A DNA stretch of 64,000 nt from the human T2T-CHM13v2.0 reference genome, Homo sapiens: the NCBI RefSeq assembly GCF_009914755.1, contig NC_060947.1. The stretch is one strand, 5' to 3'. Under the pieces are notes generated by a model. The model ran no database searches. It had not been told where the DNA came from and saw only the letters and a list, made by a program, of their open reading frames with translations. Positions 12,261 through 26,200 of the stretch are shown here, one piece after another. The stretch's first letter is position 1, and each line of letters starts with the position of its first letter. The position numbers and the translations under genes are program-made.

Positions 12261-14399
12261 AAGCCATAAGGCAATTTGTTTCCTAAAATAAGGGGTAAAC
12301 AGGGCAAGAGACGTTGGCATGACCCCTGTATTGCGGACCAAGGGACTGCCAACTTAAGAAGCAAAATGCATTTTTTCTGCAGTATTTCAAGCTGTTAGAA
12401 TTGCTTAAGTGGCATACAGATGTGCCAAATCCACACCATTTCTCATGTCTGAAGTGGCTACTTCCCATTGTGGGCGAGGGAAGAACTGGGCTTGGAAAAT
12501 ACAGTTTCTACTTTCAAATGCCATATCTAGAAGATGTCCTCTTTCCCTGAGGCCAAACTCCCAGCCATCTCAAAAGATAAGGGCCAGTGACTATGGGAAG
12601 AGAGGAGGAAAAATGGAGCCCTGAGACCCTGTAAAATGAGTGATGTGGCTGGAAACGTGGCACAATCAGAACTGGCAGTCAGTGGTAGACTGAGCACTGC
12701 CAGACAGGACCACCTAAACGCCTGAAGCAGCCCCTCCCAGATGTCTGAAATCCATGGACGAGATCCTCCCCGCTGCCCCAAGTTTAAAAGTGCAGAGGCA
12801 AACAAATAAACCTGAAAGCACTGAGACCACCAAAGCCCTCCTGCCCCTAGACTAGGTCTGCAATAAAAATGATATCAGAGGGTCATAAGGTGGCTTTAAT
12901 CCTAAAATTGGCTTTTGCCAGTTAAAAAAAAAAAACACAACAATAAACAAACAAAACAAAACCTCATCTTGAGGTCCTTGGGGTTAAAGAGCTGCTGACA
13001 ATGCATACCTTTCCCCAGCCAGCCATTAAGCTCACTTTCGGGGCTAGACAGAATAAAAACTTGAAAAACACTCACACATTGGAATAGTGGCATTTTCCAG
13101 GGCAGTTTTTCAGACATTCACATGTCTCTAGACATAATGGTCCAGCATGAAGTTGAATCTCTGCACTACCCCCTCCCAAACAGTCGACTGTTGGTGGTGT
13201 GAGAAGTGGGGGGGGGAGGGGCGCATAAGAAAAGATGTTGGATTTTTTTCTAAATCAGATCTTTTTTTCATTCTACAGATGGACAAACTGAGGCCCAGAT
13301 AGAGGAAGGACTGTGCCCCAAGTCACACAACTAATTTGAGGCTAAGCCTGGACCAGGGAGAGGTCTTCTGGTTCAGTGTGGCCCAGTACACCCCATTGTC
13401 ACCTCCTCAGCTCTTTCCTGACACCACAGGTTGCTATGCTTGAAGGGCAGTTTCCATTTCCCCAGTCCCTTTTCCCTGCTGTTTTCCTCTCTGACCACCC
13501 CTTCTTATTTCCCCCACCCCAGAGCCATCTTTTGCCCTAGCCAGTCACCACGTCAGCTTTCTCAACTAGTCCAAATCCCATTTTGAGGGATGTGGATGAC
13601 TGGAAATTGCTAGCACGCATAGAAAGACATTTATCAAGCTCCTGCTGAGGCTAGCCCCACTCCAGGGCACCAGTGAGCCAGCAAGCAGCTACACATCCCC
13701 TTCTCTGATGAGCTAACGCAATCTGGGGTAGGGAGAGAAGCCACCCTCCCTCCCCAGAACAGACAAACAAGACACAAGCCCAGTGCCATGGAATCTTCGA
13801 GAAAGCTCCACAGATCAGGAAGCTTGCAAATTTGTGACACTTCACACACAGCAGGAACCATCTCAAAACAACAACAACAAAACGAAGCAGTCATCTTCCA
13901 CCCCAAAAAGCCACAAATCCAGGGCACGACCCTCCTAGCCGAGTCTCAGGGCGAGGAGAAGGTGTGAGGGAAGATGGTTGTTCAAGGGAAACCTGAAAGG
14001 GGAGAAGGGGATTGAAATCTACGGCCCAAACCACAGACTTCAGAGGAGAATAATATTCCTGGCCTCTGGCTCCAGTCTGCCCAAGGCCCAGCAGGGTGTC
14101 TAGGGATGAGTTAAGGAAGTGGGAGGCTGTCAGCGGTGGAGAGGGGGCATAGCTGGTGCGGGAACCCTTAGACTAAACCAAAGCTCGTGCCTGAGACTGG
14201 CACCAACAGGAGCAGCGGCATGGGAAGCAAGTAATGTCAGAGTTGCCTGGCGCAGTGCCTGGAACTCAGTAGGCACTCTTAAAAAAAATGTGAGCAGCAG
14301 AGAACACACGAGGCAACACTCACACATTTTTGGCGCAGCTAAGCTCCCTCAGCCCGCGCACCCCCTTCTCAAAATGCACCTCCGGCCCCCCCAGTAGCT

Positions 14400-15300
14400 G
14401 AAGCCTGCCCTGGCCGGTCACCCCGGGGCCGCTCCCCTGTTCCTGCGCAAGACTCCGAGGAGTGCTTGTCACCAGGCCACCGCAGTGCTTCTGAGAGCGG
14501 GAATCCGCGAACTGGAGTCCCGTCTTCCTTCTGGCGTCCTGTCTTCCTTTTGGAGCTCCCCCTCAAGGACCCCGGGAGCCCATCCTACAGTGAGGCGGGC
14601 CGAGGCCGGCGCGCATCGAGGGGACGCGGGACTCGGCCAGCCCGCGGTAGGGCCGGGGCAAAGCGGGCGCGGGGCTCGAGGAACGCGGGGCCGCTGGGGT
14701 CCCGGGAGCCGTCCCTGCTCCCGGGGAGAGGGAGCTGGGCGCGAAGGGCTCCCGGGTCCCGGGATGGAGACTCACCTCGACTGGAGGATCAATAAGATGC
14801 CTAGGAGGACTGGAAGAACTTTGGACAACATTTCCGCGGAGACCGGCGCGACCACCTGCGCGGAGGTCGCGGCTCACGCTCTGGCCGCACTGAGCGCGGG
14901 GCGGAGGCTTTTGCTGGGCTCCAACTTTCACTCCTCCCACTCGCCCCGCCCCGTCCCGCGCTCCCCGCCCCAGGCCCGCCCCGATGGAAATCTCCGACGA
15001 CGTGACGGCTGCTGCGGTGGGGAGCCGGGGAGGCTCGCGCGGGCGCGGGAAGGAGGCGGGAGCCCGGTTGCTGAGGCCCCCCGTCCCCACGCCGCCACTG
15101 CGGCGCTGCCAGACAGCCAGGGGCGGGGGAGGCGGAGGGAGGAGGCGGCGAGCCCGCGGCGCGGGGCCTGGGCGGGGGAAACTCGCGCCCCAGGCTGTGG
15201 CCGGCAGGGAGCTGCTTCAGGGACAAGATGTGGGGCTGGATGTGCTCACGCCCCAGAGGCGACCCCCTCCTGCCCGCTGGCACGCCGCGGGGTCAAACTG
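14400..15300. promoter_or_regulatory. GABRE: CpG island / TATA-less GABRE promoter with GC boxes
   Basis: Dense CpG and high GC around exon 1. CCCCGCCCC boxes at 14944-14952 and 14963-14971 and CCCGCCCC at 14975-14982, just upstream of the ATG on the minus strand. Boundaries approximate. Confidence 0.9.
14776..14831 (-). CDS. GABRE: GABRE exon 1 coding part (56 nt), signal peptide MLSKVLPVLLGILLILQS(R)
   Basis: gaaATGTTGTCCAAAG...CAGTCGAG|gtgagt. Hydrophobic signal peptide; phase 2 joins exon 2 (AG|G = Arg). Confidence 0.97.
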
Positions 15301-17896
15301 TGCTCTCCAGCCGTGGCTTCCTCCCCGCCACCTGTTGCACCCCATTGCTTCCCCAAGTGTCCTGGCTTCAACCTCCCTCTCTGGTTTTCCCAGCTCTCAG
15401 CCCACAATCTTCAGTCCTTCGGAATACAAGTCTTGTCGTATGAAGGAAGCCGGGTAACTCAGCACCTTCCTTGGCACCGAGAAGAAGAGAGACAGGGGTC
15501 TCCCCAGCAAGCTCTGATGTGAGGTATTCCACAGGGCAAATTCCCAGGTATTTGGGGGCAGGGAGGACCCGCCAACAGAGGACCAGGCGGAGACATTCAC
15601 TGGAGAATTTTCTCTGAACCCCAAGGGGGCACTGCCACAATGTGGCTCCCGCTTTGGCCCCAGAAGCTGAGTGTGAGAGGGACCAACTGGAATAGAGGAG
15701 GCTTTGGAAACCTCCTTGAGACTGGATGGCCGAATCTTTCTGGAGACTTGGCACCAGGTGATAGCAGAAGAAGACACGAGAAGGCACAGAGGGGGAAGGG
15801 GAAGGGGCAGTGCCCCACTTCAGGGGAGACACGTCAAGAGTCTCAAGCATACTTGGACTTCATCTTCTTTCCCTAGACCCTTCTGATTTGCTTCAGAAGG
15901 AGAAGGAATGGCAAAGATTTGTGTACCAAGCTGATGCCAGACGCTGGCAGCATCCTCACCTGTTGCTCCAGAAGGGGCTGTGTGCATCCTTGAAGAGGCT
16001 TAGCTCTACCACACTCACCTACAACACCCTCTTCACCACCCCACCTCCCAAGCACATCACTCTGCTTTGTCCTCTTCACAACACTGCTCACTCATTGATG
16101 ATTATCTTGGGCATTTTTTATGAGCTTGTTTACAGTGGGTCTCTCCTACTGAAGTAAGCTCAGGGACAAACACACACATGCATACACACAAAATGTGTCT
16201 GTTGGGGTCTCCACTGTATCCCTAAGACTTAGCAGAGCTCTGGGTACACAATAGGCACTCAACCAAATGTGTCACTGATTTGTGTGCAGCTGTGTGTGTC
16301 CTACTACCACTGAGTTAGTCCACTAGGACCTGGGGCTGCCTTCAGACTACGGTGCAAGACAGAAGAGACTGCAGGACATGTTTAGGCTTGCACAGCCCCT
16401 CACCCCCGCCCCCCGACACACACCGGGAAGAGCCCCATACTTTCTTTCATGCTTTGCTGCTGAAATTTTTAATAATTTTTGAACAAGTGGACCTGCATTT
16501 TTCTTTTTTCCTGGGCCCTGCAAATTATATAGCCAGTTTTGCCCTGGGCAGAAATGCCGCAGAGCAGGGAACAGGCAAACACGCGGCTTTGCTGAGGCCA
16601 TGAGGAAGAGAAGGCTGCCAGTCCATCCGCCTGCCGTCCTGTCCAACACCAGACTGCTATGGAAAGGAGCATGTCTGCCCTTACTGTAGCCAGCCTGGGA
16701 TTTGAAGTGTCCTGTATGCATGTCTCTTCCTCCACTGACATTGGACCTCCGGGAAATGAAGGTTTGTCTGATTTACCTGTATTCCCCTGGGTTGAGCACA
16801 GTGACCAATGACCAGTAGGCATTAATTACGTTTGCTGAATGAGCGACTGAATCCCAGGCAGACAAAGGAAGCAAGTGATTACAGCTCCCTCATCAGAGAT
16901 TCCCAGGCACTTTTCTCTTACAGGTTGATATTAATCATACTTTGCCATCTTCCTTATAAACCTCATCGAAGGGATAGCTCATCCACAGGATAGCTGTGAG
17001 GATTTGTGGAGGCTACAGAATGTTATTATTATTTTGTAGTTTTTCAAGTATTTGCCACATGCTTGTCTAGGTCAGGCCATCGACTTTATGATAGAGGAAT
17101 ATATGGCAAGGACTCAGATGATGTCCTGGCCCTTACATATGTTTTTCAAGAGAGGAGTGGGAACTTGTGGTAAAATTAGTAAAAAATTACTATTTTTTCA
17201 AAAATTACTAACACAAGGTACAAAGTCATGAGGGCCCCAGAGTTCCCAGGAAAACACTTATGTGGTCTCTAGCCTCTCAAAGCAAGAAAAGGGTATTATA
17301 GGCAGCAGAGGTGCAGAGATGGACATTCCAAATTGAGAGCCAGCCAGGGTGTTGAAACCAGCTATGTGTGGTGTTTGACAGAGAACAAGGAGGAGATTGC
17401 CTGAGGCATTTGTGAAGAGAAATTTTTGGAGATAAAGCTGGAGTGGGAGGCTGGCCAGGCAATTGCACTTTATCCTGTGGGCAACAGGGGAGTTGCAGAC
17501 GAGTACCAAAAGGGTACATTGTACGTCCAAACGTTGTTTCCAAAGATCCCTCTGGTGGGGGTAGGCGGGAGAGTTTGCGGGATGGAGAGCTGGAGCCTCT
17601 TTTCTCCCAGTGAACAGGATCAGAGCCACAGGGATGGCCAGAAGAGGAGCCGCAGGAGGGAGCAACATCTAAGATGTACAACTGACAGATGGAGTTGGGG
17701 AGGAGGCAAAGGAGGGAGGTTTGTTGGAAAAGGCTCACAGGGTCTTCCCGGGTGACCAGGGTGGCAGAACAGAATAATGAAGGCAGGAGGAGGAGAAAGA
17801 GCTTTTAGTCACAGCCATGATAGCAGCTCCCTGCATTTTGCATTTCACTTTTTAAAGTTCCATTAGAAATAAACATTCTCATTTAGTGTCTAGGTA

Positions 17897-17941
17897 CGTG
17901 TGTGTGTGTGTGTGTGCGTGTGTGTGTGTGCATGTGTGTGG
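17897..17941 (+). repeat. Imperfect (TG)n microsatellite
   Basis: Directly visible. Confidence 0.9.
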
Positions 17942-19840
17942 GTGCACACCCCTCTCCCTGGCTGTTTGTACTTCAGATGTGCTTCTCTTCAACTAGATAT
18001 TCAAGCTGAATATAAACAAAACTGTTAATACAGCAGCTGTGTTTTCATAACTAAACCAAACTACCCATTGATTGGAATAGCAGTGAGCAACCCCCTTGTC
18101 AGTTGTGAATTATCAAATTAAATAACCAACAGCAAACCACCATGTGACCTACTATATATGTGATTTAGGGACAAAACCAGAGTTGCTGGTCATAAAGTCT
18201 GTGTGTTCATGCCCTAGCATGGCCTAAACTGTAGCACATGCACACATGCTTTTCTTATTAGCTCAAGGAAAAAATACCAGCCCAGACAAATCTTACATGG
18301 CTCTTAGCTTGTTAAGTACCTGGGCTTGCAGCAAGACCGAGATGCCAGGGACACTGGGGAAAGCACCTAGAGAAAGAACTATGTACAGGGCTAAGCCAAG
18401 TGCAGAAGTGGATGAAGGAGCAAGCAGGGGACAACCAGGCTTCAAAGCAGATAGACTAACAATGGAGGCAGAGGCAGTACAGGGTAGTGACCAGACCTCT
18501 GTGCTCCACTGCACACAGGGCACAGGTTGAATTTCAGATCATCCCCTAACTACTGGCTAAATGACTAGGAGCAAGTTCCTTAAAGCCCCTGAACCTCACA
18601 TTACTCACTTGTCAAATGGAAATTATAATACTTCCCACCTCACGTGGCACCTGTGATGATTCAATGGCAAAGACCAGGTAAAGCAGTTAGCACCATGTCT
18701 GGCACATGGTCAGTACTCAACAAAGCTTACCTGCCATTCTCAACATTACTATTATTAGCTAATAACTGATAAATGACAGCGCAGGCACACCTGGTATCCT
18801 TGAGGTCTTGAGTAACACCAGGAAGTATCTGGCCAAAGAGCAAGACCTCAGCCCTAGACATACACTGCAGAGCAAGGGCTCATGTCCCAAGGCGGTTGAA
18901 ATGCTGTGGACAAAACAGGATTCCAGACCTCAGGAAACTGGACCACTGTGAGCACTGCAGGCTGGTGGCACCAGGCTATAAGGGAGGAGAGAGGCATGAC
19001 TGGGGATGGAGATTGCCTGGCACATGGGTGGCATTCAAGACCATGGAACTGGATGCAGTCACCCAGGGAGAGATAAACAGGCTTAAGCTTGAGTCCTGAG
19101 AGGGGTGTCAGAGAAGCCAACACAAGGGAGGGCATTTCTTGTAGGCTGGTGGTTTTAATCATGTGCTAATAAGTCAAGGACTGAATGGTGTCCAGTGGAT
19201 GACTCAACAAGGAGGTTATTGGTAAGCTTCGGGCAGGGGCTGATCCTCAACACAGAGTTGAGGGGGGGTGTGAGATGGACAGGTAAGAGAAAAGAGCGTA
19301 TGACTGTAGACAGCTTGCTTGAGAAGTGGCTCGAAAGCAGTGAGAACTGTGACTGTCTCCCACACCAAATACAGGGAGAGAGGCTTAGTGCAGGGGCCAT
19401 GTCTGATTCTGCTCTGGGCTAGAGGGTTTTAGAGAAGGAGAGGAAGAGATTTAAGGAGAATTCCCATAATGCTGGCAAATGATGTTGGTTGAGAATATTG
19501 AGATCTGGAAAGTGTCTGCTCTGAGGGGTGAATGTGTGAGGAGGATGTGAAATCAGCAGGTATAGACAACTCCTCAGGAAGCTCAACATGAAGGAAGACA
19601 CAGCTAGAGGGAGGCAAATATTTGAAGCATTTTGATTTTTGTGTTTTACAGATGCATGAGACAGAAACATGTTTATAGGCTGAGAGGGAGAAGCCAATTG
19701 AAGGGGAGAGGGTGGAAAGCCTTCATGAAGCAGGTGTGTATGGTCAGAGCCCAGTGGGGAGAATTGGCTGCTAGTGGAGGATGAATGCTTCTTCCTCAGA
19801 GGAGGGAAGGACAGAAGGAGAGGAGAGGACACAAACAGAC

Positions 19841-21450
19841 TCATTCATTCATTCAACTAATATATGTTACTATGTGCCAGGTACTAGCCTAGGTGCTAAA
19901 GATCATAGTGATGAGAAAAGCAAATTGAAAGCCTTGTTCTTGTGAGGCATACATCCCAGAGAAATGAGACAGACCTCAAATAATAAATATAAGGAACAGA
20001 CAAGTTACTTATATTTATACAGCACATTAGAAGGTAATAAATGGTTTGGAGAAAAATAAGCAGAATCTGATAAGTAGGATTCGGAGTGCTATGGGGGGAT
20101 AATTTTAAATAGGGTGCTCAGGCAGAGCATCACTGAGAAGGTGATGTTTGGGGAAAGAGTGTTCTAGTAAGAATCAAGAAAAAGTGAAAATTATTAACAT
20201 GTTCCAGGCCCAACAAGAAAGTCAGTGTGGCTGGAATAGAGTGAAGAAAGAGGAAGTAGCAGGAGATGAGGTTAGAGAGAAAACAAGATTGAGCTGGAAA
20301 ATCATGGAGTGTCATGTAGCCATTGGAAGAAGTTAACTTTTCTTCTGATTGAAAGTGGGAGTCACTGGGAGAGTTATGAGAAGAGGAGTGACACAATTTG
20401 AATTACTTTTTTAAAGGACCACTTCCCTTAGAATAAATTGATGATGGTGAAGATAAAAACAGAGGGGCTAATTAAGGGGCAACTGCAGCAATTGCAAAAG
20501 AGATGATGGTCACAGTGGAGATAGTGAGAGGTATTCAGACTTTGGCTCTATTTTGAAAATGGAGTCAATAAGATTTCCTGCCAAATTATATGAAGTGTGA
20601 AAGAAAGAGAGACGTCAAGGATGGCTCCAGAATGGTAGAACTACCAACAGCTGAAATGGGGAAGGCTATGGATAGAACAGGTTTTTGTTTGTTTGCTTGT
20701 TTGTTTGTTTGTTTGTTTTTTCTGCTGTTTTGTTTTGTGGGAGTTTGGTTTTCCTGGAGTTTTGGTTGGTTTTGTTGGAAGATAGGTCAGAAGTTCAGTT
20801 TTCCACATGGTGATTTGAGGTGTCTATTAGACTTCCAAATTCAGGTGTGATCTTGAGTCTGAAATGTGGGTGGGAGAAAAGTGTAGCCTGGATATATACA
20901 TTTGGGAATCATCAGTATAGAGATGGCACTTAAGGCCATGAAACTGAATGAGATGAACATGAGAGTGCATGTAGCTGGAGAAGGGGAGTGAGACAACGAC
21001 TGAGCCCTGAGGTGAAGAGGATGGGAAGAAGAGAAGGAGCCAGGGAAAAAGACTGAGAAATGTGACCAGTGAGGTAGGAAGAGGAAAACATCTCTTGATG
21101 TTTCACTCAGGAGAGTGAAACATCCTGCAAGTCAAGGAGAGAGAGATCAACTGTCAAATGATGCCGGCAGGTCCAGGGGAGTAAGACTAAGAATTGACCA
21201 CTGGGGCTAGCAACATATAAGTCATTAGTGCCCTTGAGAAGAAAAATTTCTATGGTGTGTGCGTGTGTGTGTGCGTGTTGGGAAGGGTGGGTAGGAGAGG
21301 TAAAAGACTGCTCAAGTGGGTTCACAAAAGACTAGGAATTAGAGATAATGAGCTTAGAAACCTCCTTGGAAGAGTTTTGTTGCAGAAGGCAGCAGCAAAA
21401 TAGGGCAGTTGTTGAAGAAGGAAGGAGACTCTAGAGAAGGTTACATGGGG
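19841..21450 (-). mobile_element. L2 (L2a-like) LINE remnant; further L2 fragments at ~17000-19800
   Basis: tcattcattcattcaactaatatatgttactatgtgccagg is the reverse-complement L2 3' tail, followed by typical L2 body. Confidence 0.75.
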
Positions 21451-22829
21451 AAAATAACAGCATGTGTGTATGCCAAGGGGAATGCCTAAGTGCAGAGTCA
21501 ACCCTTTATACTACCAGGGAGGGAAGAGGAGTGCCGTGGTGTCACTGAGTCAGCAAGAAGGGATGAGATGTAACCCTTTGGAAGCAGAATTAGAGGAGGT
21601 GACTACCCTACCTCCAGACTCTGAGAAACATGGAGTGTGGAGAATGAATCTCTTCACTTGCCTCCCAGAACTGGTACGTAATCACAATGTATTGATTGGG
21701 TTAAGGACTGAGTGAATAGTCGAGAGGCCTGCAGGGGAAGCTACATTCTCCAGGCAGGGAGGAACTGTAGTTGGATTTGGACAAAGAGGTAGAAGTAGTA
21801 TTCAGAGATGAGATGGGAGTAGAGGAGGCATTTTTCTCCTAGAGCAAGGTGCTGGTGGGCCAGTGGTAGGTTTTGAAGATGTGGAGGGGGCACAGGAGTG
21901 CTCAGAGGTTCCGTGGAAGTTGAAGAAATGCAGAGTAGTACCACAGAGCACAGTGGAGGGCTGAGGTGGGTCTTGCTGAGGTTTGAGGGAGATGATTAAC
22001 TGCACCCTCTCCCTTCTCTTGGAAATTCAGAGTAATTAACACAAAAGACATTGGAGTCAGAGAGATATAGAAATGTGGTTACTTCCCCCACATCCCCTAT
22101 AGTTCTCACCTTCGTAAAGCCCTTCCCCCAATGTACAACCCTGCCTCCTTTGTGTATTCTCATTCTTTGTAGGAGGGTAACACTTCCAGCTCCTCCCTCC
22201 TCTCTCACAGGCGCTGTTCTGGGTGTTGAGGATGCAGTGACAGGGCAGATTAAGTCTTTGCCTTCATGAAGTTTACATGTTTATGCAGGGAAACGGGCAA
22301 TCAGCAGACAAGGAAATAAATCTGATAATTTCCAGTATGAAATGCCATGAAGAATGACTACAGGATAATGACTGGGGGGGACTCTCAGTCTGCCCAGGGT
22401 GCAGGGAACATCTTGGTCTCCTCTTGGGCTCTCTGGGAAGCTTGGAACCACAGGGTAATCAGCTCTGAAGGCCCTTTTGCCATTTCTAATTCCAATGTGG
22501 AATAAAGGGAGCGGGAGGAAGGCAAAATGACAAGGCTATTAATATACGAAAGGCTGCCAAGCCATTATCGTTTATTTCAAGTGGTGGTAAAAGCAGATGA
22601 CTCATCCTTCAGAGCTGCAGGACTTTGCACCAAACAGTCTGGATAGTTTATTGGCTTGCCTGTTTTTCTGAGCTTGAAGTCAGGGTGACAGGGCTTCTGA
22701 GCTTGAATAATCCTGAGAAGCCATATTTCCTTACCCCAACCCTAAGAAAGACTTTCCCAGAAGGTCTCAAGGGAACAAATAGATGTTTCAGCAATGGTTT
22801 GGAGCCAGGAAGCTTCCTGGTGAAGATGA

Positions 22830-23289
<460 letters not shown>

Positions 23290-26200
23290 TAGCCTATTAA
23301 TGAAAGACATTTCTCCTCCCAAAGCTGTGGAAAACCAATTGTTGAGTTCATAATGCTTGCCAATCAGTTAGAACAATTGGGAATGTTGAGATTGGTCAAG
23401 TGCCCCAAGAGGCTCCTTGGATGGAAGAGCTGCCATCAAATTTATGGTGTGTAGCAGCCTGTCTTACAAAAGGGATTTGCTCCAACAGATTGGGAAGTGA
23501 ACTCATCAGGGAAGTAAGTGTAAAAAGGTCTTTGTAAAGAGCAGGTGTTCTGTCTTTCCTGATGCATCATCAGTGATATCACTGGTTGGGCCTCAGTTCC
23601 AGCATTTTTATTGCTGGTGCTCTTGTATGACATAGAAAGGGCTCAGTGGTGAGCTAGATCACTTTGATACTGCCTGTTTCTATGGGCAACTTTGACAGGA
23701 ACAACAACAGAGAATATTTTTCTCCCTCTAAAAGGGCTGTAAGAGAAATCAGGATTGGAAAGAGACTATAAAAGACTTGATGACATCAGCCTTAACTTTT
23801 TCCTGGAATAGAAGTCTTCCTCACAAGTAGGGCATTCAAACTCAGTTTGAGCCAGAGATGAGGAGCTCACTACCTCCACAGGGCAGCATGTGTCACTTTT
23901 CAATAAGCTCCACAGCAAAATAGTCGTTTGACATGGTAAGTGAAGAATTTTCTGAGAGAAGGTAGAGGAGTCAATCAGATCATCCCTTACTTTTCAAGTC
24001 CAAGTTGGCCAGGACAAAACAGTTAAACTTGAGATTAGAGAGCCTGTCCCTACTACTCTTGTGCTATGTGCACTCAGGCAGGCATAGTTTGAGCCCCCCC
24101 ACACACACATAGAGGCATCCACTCTGTGACATTCATTATTTATTTTCACAAGAAAAATAACTAATTGACACATTGTCCTAATAGTTCTGATGTGATATAG
24201 ACCAAAGATTAGCCAAGTATATAGAGACATCATACTTATCTCAATGTCCCAAAATCAATGCTAAAGCTCCTGCCATTTCTTCATAGACAAGCTTTTGGAA
24301 CTTCACTCAGAGTCTGTTTACACTTAGTTTACAAACAGATCTACCTGTCTTGCAGAAACCTGGTTTTCCAGTCCACAGCAGCTTAACAGCAAAACTAGAA
24401 GAGAACAGGGCTTATTCACCTGATAATCCAGACTAGAAATAGTTATTAGTATTGTTATATTTTATGCAATTAACCATCGAATTTTCAGTATGTTCTTGGC
24501 AAAATCATTTTTCTTTTTCTGAACCTCAGTTTCTGTTTTTGTTTGTTTGGTGTGAGAAACTCCCTTGCATACTTAGGCTGTGTTATTGCTTAAGTCACCT
24601 ATTGTGTTAGATAATTTACAGTACTTTTAGCTGCAAATAATGGAAACCCTTACTCAGACTGACTCAGACAACAAAAACATTTGTAACAGGAAGTCCATTC
24701 GTGTGTGGGCTGCTGGGTTGCTTAATTCAGCAGCTTGACATGTTATCGAAGACCATCTCACAGACATCACAATGGAGTTGGCTCTTTTCTTTAGTGGCAG
24801 AACTTGAACTAGAACAAGAACTAAATCTAACATCATATGACAGCTAACACGGTTCTGTTAGCTGCCTGTGCTGCCTTAGAACTGTGGGTATTCCCAAGTC
24901 AGCAGTTGCTTTCTGTATGAGGCTGTGTTTGGGGAAAAAAAAAAAATCACTGGAAGCAGAAGAAAGCTGTCTCAGGGCACTGTTGATGTCAAATAGGCTT
25001 CCCTAACTCTAGGAAGAATCTGATTCCATGATATGGCTCCTTGTATATCAGAATGGAAAAAAGCCAAAGACGTTGGCCAGGACTTGGTCTGTTCAGGATG
25101 TTTCTCATCGGGAGAGGTGAGAACAGTGGATACTTTAAGGGATAGAGTGAGAAGTGAAACTGGCATACGTTTTCTCCTTTAGGTGTACAAGGGGGCTTTC
25201 AAGGATTTAAGGAAAGCAGTTTAGTCAGATTTGTGTTTTGTAAGGTTAACCTGGCTGTGATGGCAAGTCTGGATTTGAGGAAATGGGTGTGTGACCAGAA
25301 GTAGCTAGGTCTCTTAAGACTGTGTTGCAACATTCTGGGACAGAAATATTGAGAATTTGACTGAGGTCAGGGCAGAGGGGAAGGAGAAAAAGGGCCGAAA
25401 GTCTGTCAGATATTCATTCCAACCTGGTAGTTGTTGGCAGATTGTATGTAAGCTGGGAAAGGAAGGTTCCACTGACGGAGTCCATTAGGTTTCAGGTTCC
25501 ATACCCCGACACTCTGATTGTCTCTGATGCCCTTCGCTGAAATGGGCTGCACAGAGAAGACAGGAAGCCATGTACTAGAAGATGGGGGTTTTGAAAATTT
25601 GGGATATGTTGACTCTGAGTCCAAGTGGAAGTTTCCAGGAGGCGGTTGAATATATCAGGCTGGAGCGTAGGACAGATATTTAGGTTATAGATTGACTTGT
25701 TAATATTAGGAATAGTATTGTACAGAACTATGTGATTTACAGAGCAGCTCTATCTTCATGATTTTATTTAGCTCTCACCCAAACTCTGTGAGGTAGACAT
25801 TATCTTTCCCGCTTCCCAGCTGAAATAACTGTGTCTCAGAGAAAGTAGATGACTTGCCTAAGATTACACAGTCAGAAAGGAACAGAGCTGGGGCTAGAAT
25901 GCAGGTCCCTCAATGCTGAGTGCCACATGCTTCCCCTTGTTCTTCAGATAGCAATGTCAGCCGCAGCAAGATCATGATAGAAGCTGTGGCAATTGCTGAG
26001 GTCCCTGGGAAAGCTTATGAAGAGCCAGAAGAGAGCTGGGCAGAGGATGGAGTCCTAGAGCTTTCGTGAAAGTAGACGTAAGCTGCCTGCAGCTGGGCCT
26101 GCAGAATTCTGATTGATGGGACAAAGTTATTATTCCACTTGCCTTTGGACCTTGCCTAGTCTCTTGACCCTGGGGATGCTGCAACTTTGCCTTTCCCAGC

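Noticed and set aside
15458-15480. TCAGCACC as a possible REST/NRSE site near the promoter
   Set aside because: Only the left half-site; the GGACAG half is missing.
14485-15522. 345-aa plus-strand ORF and other overlapping 150-175 aa ORFs across the promoter
   Set aside because: Arg/Gly/Ala/Pro-rich, open in several frames on both strands, with no recognisable domain. This is the expected stop-codon depletion of a CpG island.
24841-24864. 9-bp hairpin cagctaaca/tgttagctg
   Set aside because: Too short for a pre-miRNA; a stem of this size is plausible by chance in 64 kb.
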